Shown: in pieces, positions 53,001 to 62,848 of the stretch | How the letters are laid out: each line of letters starts with the position of its first letter | Position numbering within the stretch: the stretch's first letter is position 1 | Assembly: GCA_977030845.1 (NCBI GenBank) | Contig: OZ365110.1 | Span: 35,154,001-35,218,000, forward strand | From: Fimbriosthenelais zetlandica | Taxonomy: Eukaryota | Length of the DNA stretch: 64,000 bases | Reading direction: 5' to 3' | Translations under genes and position numbers: made by a program | The notes under the pieces: model-generated | The model's database searches: none | Told to the model about the DNA's origin: nothing | Seen by the model: the letters and a program-made list of their open reading frames with translations, nothing else

Positions 53001-56000
53001 TCATGCTGAAATAATAGCTCAATTCCTGCTCGAGTATAGCACAATCAGAATCAAATCAGGTTTCCACACCCCCAATGTTCATGATGGAGGTATTAGAAGG
53101 TCTATAGTTGATCGACTTATTGATTGTTTGCTGGGGTGAGCCATGCATGCTGCCAGCAGCCAGACCAATCTACAATTAACATCAATGTCTCTCCATAGCA
53201 CCCCAGGCCTATATACAATAATAGAGGGCGCACGTGGGAGTTAAATAACACCTACATTTATGTGAGTAAATTATCTTGGATCAACTGGGATTTAGCCCAT
53301 TTTCCAAGATGAAGTTTATGTTGTTTTACATAGGAAAATCAATGAATTTATCCATGAATAGATTTTCTTGGCTCTCTTATTTCAACATTATGAATTTACG
53401 ACGGTTTGGGTCACATTTTCCAAGGGAAAGTACAGGATGTTTCATACAGGAAAATCATATAATAACGTTTCCTATAGGAACGTATATGGCTAGATTTTCT
53501 TGAAATTCTTTGAAAATCCATTAATTTATATGAATACATTTTCCTGGATTTCATGGCAATGAATCATTGAATTAAATGTCCTGGCAGACGCCGACACAAA
53601 ATCACACTCAATCTATCTATTCTTTCTATCTCTTTAAATCTTTTAAAATAAATTGAATCTTTCTTTAAATCTTTTAAAATCAATCACTGTACAGCGAGGT
53701 GTCCACAGGGAATTGCTTCTGGATTTATCATTGAAACGTAAACAGGGAACAATGAATGTAAATGCTTGTGTGTGGGTGGAGGGCGGTGTCGAGGGAGGGG
53801 GCGGGGTGGAAAAATGAGCAGGTAGGTTGTTGCACCTTGCAGAATGATATACAATGTGTACAAGGCCAAGTATGCAACAACAAGTTGGTCGAAAAAAAAC
53901 CTCATGTAGCATCCATGTCAAAACAAGGTAAGTGGCAATACTTACACAAATTTCTGAGGTGCAGAGCACTGCGACAGCATGTATACTACGTTTGTTATCC
54001 TTCTTGCTTTCTTCAATTTCTTGCTTTGTAATATAAATCCAATATTATTCTAAGTTATTCCAGAAAGATGTAGATCGCTAGTAAATCTCTGTATGATAGG
54101 ACCAGGTGTATGGTATGATGATACTTGCCCTAGAAGTTCATGTCTACCCCCGACAACCCAGCATCAGGCAGCCCTAAGGTTTCTACGTCTGGCTACCACT
54201 GCTAGCCCTCCTGCTCTTTGGACTCCTGCTTGCTTTTGCTCTCACTCCGACGCAACTTCTACACTCTGTACCAACTTATGGTTCAGCAGGCTGATATAAT
54301 TTATGATCCGGTATCGCATCGCATTTTGCGATGTAATTTGAGGCATTTGCGATATAAAATCAAACTGGCATCGCGATTTTTGCGATACTTGTTACTTGTA
54401 TTCTATGCAAAATTCCTTGATTGGATTCTTATTGCTATGCAAAATCTTGCATAGCAAAAATGTTCTGCGCGTTTTCCAAAGTGAATCATACCCTGGTTCA
54501 GAATACATGGATCGCAGTATTGGCCCAGCCAGGCTTCGTAGCAATAGAAAAGACAAAGTAAAATATGGTACTTTTAGATTTTCCCAGATTTTCCCGTAGC
54601 ATATTACAAACCCTTGGGTCTTGGGTGCAACCCACAGAGAATTCTCCAAATTTGAGTTTGGCCTACTCCACCCATTGCTGCTAACTGAGATATATTAGAA
54701 AGAGTAAATTATTGTGTAGCGACAGCCTGTTTCCTATCATATTGAATTGGAACAGCAAATTTTACTCATCTGGAGATAGCACAGGGTCTGCTGACTGCAT
54801 ATTGAAGTAAAGTTTTGACGTGGAAGATCTTAAAAGGGCACCTGTGCTTATATCAATCCAGGATATTAAGGCCCCTAGGAACCAGGCATATTGAAGTAAA
54901 GTTTTATTCTGATAGATTCATTCAAAGATTTCTGTTTCATTCTGAAATACTGTTACTCACTAAGTTTGCGAAATAAAAATTATGCCTAACAACCACAAAT
55001 ATCAGAGTTGAAGGAAAGTCCAAAACAGTAATTAAAGTTTCCTTCAAATTGCCATCTGCTAAAGCCAAAGTTTGCAAATTGCTAAGAGAAATTTGGTGTG
55101 TTTAGCACTTTTTGCTACACAAAATTTGTAGCTATAAAGTGATCTCAACCTACACGTCTGTGCCAAGGTGAAACTAAGTGGTCAAGGAATATATTCTACC
55201 TCATGTATCCTCCTCCTACCCATCCATCCATCCACCCACCCACATCTGCTGCAGCTGCAGGCTGGCCTCAGCCTCTGTTAAGTGAGTGTTAAAAGCTGGA
55301 GCTCCCAGTCAGCAGATGGTCTATACTCATGCTCACAGTGGGATGGCTCCACACTTCTTTTACTTTCTTTCTCTCCCAATTTTTTTTTATAGTGAAGTCC
55401 CAAACGTATATGTCACTATAATATGACGTAACAATGAGGATTGGTTGTGATTTTTAAACATTCTGGCATTGTTTTCTGAACAGGTTAAGAATCCAGGCCC
55501 TTCAAAGCGATTGAATCATCTAATTTTTTTTTAAACAAACATTTCGGGACCTTATAAAAGGTTTAACTTTAAGCATGCAGTGCGTATTTATTTACCTGGG
55601 CTAGTCTATGTATATTTGGCCTAGAGAATGACCAAAAAGCCTCTGGTTGAGTTGGTAAGTTATCAGTTGGGTCACTGGTACAATTTGAAATTGAGGTGAT
55701 AAATTTTGCGTTTACTGATTGAGAAAATTGCCCATTTCTTACACTGCAGTGTTGTACACCCTACTACACAATAAATCAACCAGTGTAATTAGTAGAAAAC
55801 ATTGTCAAAATGCTGACAGAAGAGTATGTTAGTCATCACACAACAATGCCACCTATGGGAAGTTCTGTCAATCATTCATCATGTTATAAGGGGGAGTGAT
55901 TGTTCCAAGCTAAACATAGCTGTGACTCAACTCATAGACAAACTCCATTATAGGTTACAACGTGTTCAGCACATATATTTGTTTCTGTTTCTTGACAGCA

Positions 56001-57613
56001 AGAATGGGATTTGACATTCAGAACAAGGCAAGGCAAGCATCAAAATATCCAGAAACTTTCAAAGGTCACTTTCCCTAGGAGTAATTTTTTAGGGACAGGT
56101 CAATACTTCTTTCACTTTAAAACGTCATTGCTGAAAATTTGGGACATTTCTCTTTTCAAATTCAAATGAGAAAATGATCCAAGAGTTAACGAAATGAATG
56201 ACATCAGACAATTGCCAATTCAAATCAGATTTGGGTAAGGAGAAAAGTGCTGAAAGAGAAACAAAGCAGAGCAGGTGGGGTTTCAGAACCCCGTTTCCTT
56301 ATTTTTATACCATTATTTTTAACGTATTCAGTAAAGCCTGCACTTACTTTTCCTGTGTAGTCTCGACGATAAATGGAATCAATTTCAAAAGGCTGATCGT
56401 TGGTGATCGGGATGTAGCGAGGTCGGAACGGTGTAGGTGGGCAGGTGCTCTGAAAGGTCAAATAAATGATTGTGTAATTACATTACATGTTACGTACATG
56501 TATTCTGAATTAAGGAATTATGCAACCTGTTTAATTTCATTCATTTTTCATGATTTGGCTTCCTATTTTTTGTAAGTGGGTTGGTCTTTTTTGCCAATTA
56601 AGAGGGGTCTGCAATGCAGTGAAAGTGTGTTTATTGGGAATAAGGAACTATACTGGTGCCTATTAGGAAGCATTAATAAACTGGCTGAGCACTAAATAAC
56701 ATTCATTCATTTTTCTTGTTCAGTTTGAAAAGATTTGAGACCTTGAGCTAATTTTTATGACTAACTTTTACAGCATAATTCCATGAAATAAAAATAAACA
56801 ACTGCAATGACTCTCACCACAGGCAGTGAGAGGCATAGGTTAACATCATTGGGTGTGCTTTTTATTAATTTATTAATATTTATATTTTTAATATTTATTA
56901 ATTTATTAATATTTATCAATGCCGAACTTACGCCAAATTTGAGGTAGGCATCTTTATAAGTGGAGTTGATATCCATGGGTACCCTGGGACCTTGGTCCTG
57001 TTGTCTCGGGTAGAGTGTAGGTCTAGGCGCCTCATAAGCATGTGGCTCATAGGCCTATATAAAAGAAAATAACTTGATTTCACTTCAAAATTATCATTCA
57101 ATGCAACCACTACGAACAATGGCATTCACTTAAAAATCAAACTTGTACAAGAAGGCTAGGAGCTATTTTGTAATCACAATTTTCAATGCAAATTACGAAA
57201 TAACAATTATATTTATACATTGTTCATACTTACCAGTTGGTATTCAGTTGTGGTTGGAGTACATGGCTTGTTTCGATCCCTACCCAGACTGCCGCGATCC
57301 TGTGGACATCTATGACGGCTGTAATTAAGAAATAACTTAATTAATTATCAACTCTAAATTAACAATAGTAAATGAAAAGATAAATTTAAAGGATGAAAGA
57401 AAATCAATTAATTTCATAAACATACTATAATTTTTGGAGTAATTTAATACTTTTTCGGGGTAGAAAATCATAAAATTATCTATGCGGCAATAAGTTTAAG
57501 CCTTAAGGAGGTAGGTTGGGGATAGAGAGGAAGTGGTGGAGGATTAATTAAATGAGAAGTTATTTGAATACTCACCCACATATACAGAGTTGACAGACAC
57601 ACTTTCCCGCCAT
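24485..57613 (-). CDS. SAXO1/2: Stabilizer of axonemal microtubules (SAXO/FAM154 family), ~914 aa; join(57576-57613,57234-57318,56932-57054,56348-56449,28392-28601,27703-27844,26973-27247,26411-26648,24485-26016)
   Basis: N-terminus MAGKCVCQLCICG|RHRCP matches the FAM154/SAXO CxCxxCxCGRHxCP start. There are repeated Mn-type motifs (TTTEY, NSTYKDAY, DSIYRRDY, DTSYKTDY, KTTVKSDY, TTTSEAY, ESVYQVNY, HTTYKGTY) and the family C-terminal CPA...GHHYY. All 8 introns are GT-AG and phase-compatible; the summed 2745 nt is divisible by 3. An in-frame ATG at 57622 could add 3 residues. Confidence 0.9.
26411..26648 (-). CDS. SAXO1/2: SAXO coding exon 8
   Basis: tacatttcag|AGTGATTAT...TACACAG|gtataa; SDYIKPKKFERVKPLRP...ESVYQVNYT. 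Confidence 0.93.
26973..27247 (-). CDS. SAXO1/2: SAXO coding exon 7
   Basis: atcatttcag|CAATCAAA...TATCAG|gtaagc; IKPKEYKAPTARFDGKTTVKSDYTPHP...SSSYQ. Confidence 0.93.
27703..27844 (-). CDS. SAXO1/2: SAXO coding exon 6
   Basis: tcttcccccag|AATGATTTT...GTCCAAG|gtacgg; NDFRHHERPERAHLHRPQPENSVEGGTFHSDTSYKTDYKQKHITPVQ. Confidence 0.92.
28392..28601 (-). CDS. SAXO1/2: SAXO coding exon 5
   Basis: ctatttcag|AATGGTAAG...ATGAAA|gtaagt; NGKRLDSYKPESNY...IESTSVMK. Confidence 0.92.
28731..28860 (+). repeat. 44-bp hairpin-unit repeat family, copy with tail
   Basis: CTG(G/A)CCTTT at 28734, 28778 and 28822 (period 44), then the tail. Confidence 0.85.
30016..30174. other. Assembly gap (159 N) inside a GA-rich low-complexity tract
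   Basis: Run of N flanked by G/A-rich sequence. Confidence 0.98.
35270..35710. repeat. TC-rich low-complexity tract (similar tracts at 32460-32710, 37180-37490, 38360-38500 and GA-rich 41200-41420)
   Basis: Degenerate (CT)n/(CTCTTTCC)n sequence. Confidence 0.9.
38927..39006. mobile_element. 80-bp Tc1/mariner-type MITE
   Basis: TA|CAGTCTGTTCACTCTAAGTTGATCCGAAACCAC - 14-nt spacer - GTGGTTTCGGATCAACTTAGAGTGAACAGACTG|TA: perfect 33-bp TIRs, CAGT ends, TA duplication. Confidence 0.8.
40790..40935 (-). repeat. 44-bp hairpin-unit repeat family, inverted copy
   Basis: Reverse-complement units. Shorter copies lie near 9376-9460, 27945-28050, 29645-29700, 38020-38115, 39625-39690 (minus) and 56805-56850. 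Confidence 0.75.
46995..47235. repeat. 55-bp minisatellite, ~4 copies
   Basis: AGTTGTTCAAGTG recurs at 47018, 47073, 47128 and 47183 (exact period 55). Confidence 0.9.
56348..56449 (-). CDS. SAXO1/2: SAXO coding exon 4
   Basis: gacctttcag|AGCACC...GGAAAA|gtaagt; STCPPTPFRPRYIPITNDQPFEIDSIYRRDYTGK. Confidence 0.92.
56550..56700 (+). repeat. 151-bp copy of 52389-52539 flanked by a 14-bp direct repeat
   Basis: 150/151 identical to 52389-52539; TTCATTCATTTTTC at 56536-56549 and 56702-56715. Confidence 0.9.
56932..57054 (-). CDS. SAXO1/2: SAXO coding exon 3
   Basis: ttttatatag|GCCTAT...TTTGGC|gtaagt; AYEPHAYEAPRPTLYPRQQDQGPRVPMDINSTYKDAYLKFG. Confidence 0.92.
57234..57318 (-). CDS. SAXO1/2: SAXO coding exon 2
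   Basis: ttaattacag|CCGTCATAGATGTCCA...CAACTG|gtaagt; RHRCPQDRGSLGRDRNKPCTPTTTEYQL. Confidence 0.92.
57576..57613 (-). CDS. SAXO1/2: SAXO coding exon 1 (exon incl. 5' UTR probably 57576-57779)
   Basis: ATGGCGGGAAAGTGTGTCTGTCAACTCTGTATATGTGG|gtgagt; upstream acceptor ttctacttctcgaacag| at 57780. Confidence 0.9.
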
Positions 57614-58574
57614 GGAATTCATGCTAGGCCTATCGTCACGTATTTTACGAATCTTGACTCTTGTCTTGTTTGAGGTTGCAGTTAAGTTATGAAGCGGGCA
57701 CGTGCAGCTCGGTTTAAATAAATCAACGGTGGAAAGTAAAAGTAACTCCCAGAAGGATTTCCCAGGCCATTCCCCTCCCCTGTTCGAGAAGTAGAAATAA
57801 AATGAATTAGAATTCATGTCACAGATGGAGTCATCAAACAAATTAATAATGCCAAGCACAAGCGCAGGCCTATACTATAGTTACTCTTACTCTAGTACTA
57901 GTACTAGGCCTAGGTCTATATACTAATATCTATACCGGTAGAAATGACTGCTACACTACAGTGCTAGCTAAACATTTGGTTACCGGTATCATAAATAATT
58001 GTAATTTGTATGCATGATATTTGATAATGATATTGATAGACTAGATGGCCCTGATGGGGCCTGATGTCTGGCCTATATTCTATAAAAGTTTAATGGGCTA
58101 CTTTATTAGGCCTATAATTTTATAAATTATTAAAGGCTATATTCAGACTGGCCAGGGCGGATTTAGATTTTTAGGGGGTGGCGCAGAATAGTTGTTAGAA
58201 ATAGCTAGATCTAGGCCTTCTATCCCTTCCCAGGCTTGAAAATGAATGTAGATTCTGGATAGATAGTAGCCTATATGATAGGCCCCTTCTAACTGTTCTA
58301 GGATTACACAGGCTGGGGTAATAATAGACTAATACTATACAATTTTAATACTAGTAGAGTAACGTTATCCATCCCTATCGCTGTGTGAGCCTCTAACTAA
58401 CCACTTATTTTGATTCATGTGCTTGCTAGCTTATAGCTTCCAAACTCTTAACTTGAAAAATAGGCCCTTAAAAATATAGGCTAGAATTCTACTAGGCGAA
58501 ATCCAAGATTAGGCCTGACATCAATCAAATGTAATTAATTCAATTAATAAACTAAAGCCAGTAAAGGTACTTAC

Positions 58575-58780
58575 ACTTGTAAACAGGCGCCCTCACAAAT
58601 AAACGGTGTATCCAGGAAGTTATGTCGCCTTATGACGTCATTTCCTGATCGTGGCCATGGCGTCGTGGCCATGGCGTCGTGACCATGGCGTCGTGGCCAT
58701 GGTGTCGGAACTAAGTAACGACCTAGGACGGTCGTCCTCGCGTGAACCATAGAACTGTAGACAGTTCTATGCGTGAACAG
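58575..58780 (-). promoter_or_regulatory. CpG-rich promoter / non-coding first exon upstream of SAXO
   Basis: Donor AAGT|GTAAGT at 58575/58574, perfect CRE TGACGTCA at 58633-58640 flanked by GGAA/TTCC ETS cores, 14-bp tandem array, small hairpin ATAGAACTGT..ACAGTTCTAT. Confidence 0.55.
58649..58707. repeat. 14-bp tandem repeat x4 (TCGTGGCCATGGCG)
   Basis: Copies at 58649, 58663, 58677 (one substitution) and 58691 (one substitution). Confidence 0.92.
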
Positions 58781-59571
58781 AAACGATTTTGGATTTTGTT
58801 GCAGATCGCGCACAAGGGAGACAATTTTTACCTTTATTTTACCACTAATAACTGCGTTACAAGTCTAGTGGTAATGCACCAGGGATTTCAGACTGATGTG
58901 GGGATTTCAGGCAAACTCACAAAGATCAAAAATCTTAGTTTGAATCCCCGTGTCACGCGGGTGTCTTAAAAATTATTATTACATTGTAGTTTGATTCCCA
59001 CTTTGTGTATTGAGACCTTTTCCATCCAACTAACTAAGAGTCTAAGTCTAATACACTGACTGATGCGTGATGGTGATGCAGGTTACCAAAATCTGATTAA
59101 ATAGTACCAGATCTAATAGGTTATAATATCGTCATCCACCTTCGGTCTAACCTAAAATTTACATGAAATTACCTACCTTCGACTTCAAACAGTTAGGCCG
59201 AAACTGACAAACTGTTCTTCGCGGGTCTGATCGTCTACCGGAACGATGAGGGCAATAAAACTGGCCTTGGTACCGTAACCAATGCTACTCTATTTACAAG
59301 TATTGAAGTAAACTGCACTATCCTTGCCGTAACGTATACTATAGGCCTACCTGTCTTACGGCATCGCCCATTAATGGCATTATGGGTCTTGACTTCAGTA
59401 GTGTTTGGGTCACCCCCACGTGTATGAGTCTATGATGCAGATTATATTATGAAGCCGCTGAAAAGACCTATACTACTATAATATTACTACGGCTATAGGG
59501 CTAGGCCTACTAGTACCAGTACCAGGACCGGAGAGTCAGTGTTTCTCGGGCTAACTTAGCTTGATCCTTAC

Positions 59572-60060
59572 ACTTTCAAGTTTCATTAAGGACAGTAGAC
59601 GATGCTTTCAGGGTCTGCCGATGCTCAGAAATATTCGTAAACTGTCACAGTGACATCAGTGCACGCCTTTTGGAGCTGCATGTTGGTCGAACGAGGCGAG
59701 AAGTGGGTACCGGTGACACAGCCACCGTGGTCTCGTTGAAAAACAGCGCTGTCACCAAGCGGCTCAAAGGGGAACTAAAATGGTACCGACGCGTCACCTG
59801 TCAACATGGCATAGAACTAGATGCGCCCTCTGACACCAAGCTTGACGGTCTATGCACCACCACCGTGACAAACGTGAACTAACTGAAAATGGCGAAAGTT
59901 GTGTAGGCTTAAACATTAAAGTTGACCGTCCGGTGGCGCTCTCACCACCTATACGGCAAACAAAGGAACTAAGATAAGAATTTCTGCCCAGTGCCACTAC
60001 CCCACCACCGGCAAAAGTGGGAACTAATGCGCAATGAAAAGTGAATGGGGCGTCTCGAGG
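59572..60060 (-). promoter_or_regulatory. Second CpG-rich region, possible alternative non-coding first exon
   Basis: CpG-dense, only short ORFs, ends in donor AAGT|GTAAGG at 59572/59571. Confidence 0.35.
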
Positions 60061-61401
60061 AATTTCAGACGGTGTTTAGGCCTATATAACTAGGACAGCT
60101 CCTAAATGGGCCAAAATTGAAATCAGCCGGTAGATTTATATGGAGAATTTATTCCATCCAAAACATCAGAGCTACGCTATCAAGCAGTGTTGTTGTGAGC
60201 GATAATAGGGGGTTTGGCATGGATCGGAACAAAGTTGACCGCCCAGCATGCCCAGTAGCGCCCTCGCCACCTATAGGCCTACGCCAAACGAAGGAAGTAA
60301 GGTAGGCCTAAGGGGTTGGGTGGGGGGCTCTTAACTCCATCTACCCTACTTTAGCAATGTCCACCTACACACCTATAGCCTAGGCCTAGGGCCCTAGGCC
60401 TACATGTGACGAAATGAAGAAAGAACTCCCATATAGGCCTACAAATAATTTATCTACTATATTCAGTACCGGTACTGAAACCTACATAATATATGATTGA
60501 TTCAAACTGTCCCCACCTTTTCTAGTCCAAAAAAGTGGGGTTCGATCCAACCCCGCGGAGTCCCCCTTGGATCTGCCCCCTGACATTAAGTGTAGACGAG
60601 TTATCTACAGTCTTGGACACTGCGTAACTCATGTAGAAAATTCACCTATGGCTTCTTGGTCTAACTTTATTTCTAGCTCCTAGGTTATGTACAGTCTCAC
60701 AGAGAACGACATTAAATTGATTACTATTGAGGCGGATACATGCTGTAAATGTCTTGAAACCGTTTTACAAAGATGCATGTCCATGACAACGATAGGCTAC
60801 ATTAATATACCGTATAAGAAATTATTACGGTAGGCCTACGTCAATATAACATATACCGTAAAATTATTCAGTATAACCAGGCCTGTGCAGGATTGGTAGA
60901 GATGGACATCCATAAAGGCTTGGTACATAGAGATTGATACTGAATCTACCGTCAAATAATAATAGGGGGCCTATCCAGCAGATGATTGAGATGCCCAGAT
61001 TACTTAATCGAACGTCCGAAGAAATAATTAACATTGCAATACCTATAAAATTAAGGAGAAAACGTTTGAAGAATGAACAAAGGATTTGTATTATTGTGCA
61101 TGATTAGATTTCGTGGATACAATATACTATTTTAAAGAAGCCAAATTGAGCGAGAAATTTAGGGGCCTGTTAATTTCTTTTAGAAATGCATGGAAAGCAG
61201 TGTATAGTGAATACATGAGTAACGGTAGTATCCAGTCAAGCAGGAAAAATAAATCTGAAGGGAATAGTTGCAAAACCTATGTGTTTGTTTCTTGGTCCCG
61301 AGGAATAGATTATTAATTTTGCGAACTGCTTCATTTCGAATTCTATCAAAACTTTGCGAATACACCACACTAGCATGAAAAATGTTCAAGTCTTACCTAC
61401 T

Positions 61402-61491
61402 TTACTTATCCCCAGCCATATACTGCCCTGCATACTCAGACTGACGGTTGGAACCCCTTGAAGTACATTCATCAAGGGCCATTTCTTGTTC
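61402..61491 (-). CDS. GnRH/AKH: Neuropeptide precursor coding exon 3
   Basis: attctaacag|GAACAAGAA...AAGTAA; EQEMALDECTSRGSNRQSEYAGQYMAGDK*. Confidence 0.85.
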   Translation of the reverse strand, partial: EQEMALDECTSRGSNRQSEYAGQYMAGDK

Positions 61492-62848
61492 CTGTTAGAA
61501 TCCCAACAAAAAATACGGGTATATTTTTCAATTGGATAGGCCTAAATTCTTGATATTTTATGAGTGTTGTCATGCAATTTCTGTAATAACAATGTCAATG
61601 CCCAAAACCTTCTTCATTCTGATTGGCTATCCAACACAATGGCATCGAGTGACATCATTATATACTTGTTAAAGATGGCTGACTCTCATGTATCTCTTAC
61701 TCTGGGGCGACTTATCACATAGGTCCCTAGTAGGAATTGATTTCTCTCGAATGAAGCATCAGCCAGCTATAATTTGTAGGCTAATCAACTATCTAAGGTC
61801 AAACCTACCCAGAAAAATAAATTTATACCAAGTGTTAGGAATCCCTTTAAATTAATTTTGTCTAATTCTAGAATTAGGTCTGGTATACGTACCTTAACTA
61901 CCTTGTAAAGCTCTAGAATGACTTTCAATGTCACATCTTCATGATCAACTCCATGATAGATATTTAAGGGAGTGACATTCTCCAGCTTGTCAAGTTGAAG
62001 GTTCTTGCCATATTGTTCATTCGACCTTTTCATCAAGCCTCCCCAGGGAGCTGGAAGCATGAACTTGTAATCAGCTCTTTTTTTGTGACCCCATTGTCCG
62101 GGTATGGAATAGCTGAAATGGAATAGCGATCCTGTCAAACTATAACAAAGAACTGGCCAGCTATACTGGCCTCGCTCACTTTTTACTCCATAACAACTGC
62201 ACTGCGAAGGCCGCAGTCCAGTCTGAATGTGATAAAACTCCTTATGACCTCCGAGTTGATAGGATAAAATGCGTTAGAAGGTATGTAATTCCGTGATAAA
62301 AAATATCGTGAGGAGCCTCTACTGCTTTGGTGGTCAAGCCTCAAGACTCTTGGCACAGGTAGGCTGAGCCACGAATTTGGAAGGAAGTCATTGAAGCACG
62401 ACTGATTTTAATTGGGGTGATTGGATGTCGAGGCAATCATAGTGGATTAGACTCGGACTTGAGTGTTTCCCTACTATTCTTAGAGCGGAAGGTGGATAGT
62501 GTCGTGTATAAACGGGGTCAACACACTTGAGCTTTTCTTTTAGTTGTTTTGGGAAAACAACTGAGAAAAGCTCTCATGTGTTAACCCATAATTGACCTAG
62601 CATAATATATTGTATGTCTGAAGAATTTGAGCTTCATTCGAAATAAAATAATAATGAGAAAATAATGTACAAATTGCTATATTCATGGGATAATATTTGT
62701 AATTTTAACATTATAACAGAAAGAAATGGCTAATATTGAAGTCAAAGGAAAATGAAATTAAATCCCACCTGAATTGTGCGTCGGTACCTTGTAACTTGTA
62801 AGCTAGGGCAATGCAGAGCACTAAAAGAACCAAAGTTGAGTTTTCCAT
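61402..62848 (-). CDS. GnRH/AKH: AKH/GnRH-superfamily neuropeptide precursor, 129 aa; join(62769-62848,61893-62112,61402-61491)
   Basis: MENSTLVLLVLCIALAYKLQGTDA (signal peptide) | QFSYSIPGQWGH KKR ADYKFMLPAPWGGLM KR ...VILELYKVVK|EQEMALDEC...*. Peptide 1 resembles annelid pQFSFSLPGKWGNa, and ILELYKVVKEQEMALDEC resembles the AKH/ACP precursor helix (IYKLVQxEAxKLxxC); both comparisons are from memory. Introns are GT-AG, phases 2 and 0; the exon-2 donor could also be 61902. A probable 3'-UTR intron spans 61255-61396. Confidence 0.85.
61893..62112 (-). CDS. GnRH/AKH: Neuropeptide precursor coding exon 2
   Basis: ctattccatttcag|CTATTCC...GTTAAG|gtacgt; carries both peptides and the KKR/KR sites. 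Confidence 0.88.
62769..62848 (-). CDS. GnRH/AKH: Neuropeptide precursor coding exon 1 (signal peptide + QF)
   Basis: Acceptor ttattatttag| at 62871, ATG at 62848, hydrophobic core, TDA|Q cleavage site, donor TTCAG|gtggga. Confidence 0.85.

Noticed and set aside
59670-59882. 70-aa plus ORF in the CpG-rich region
   Set aside because: Non-ATG start and no splice support; better explained as GC-rich promoter sequence.
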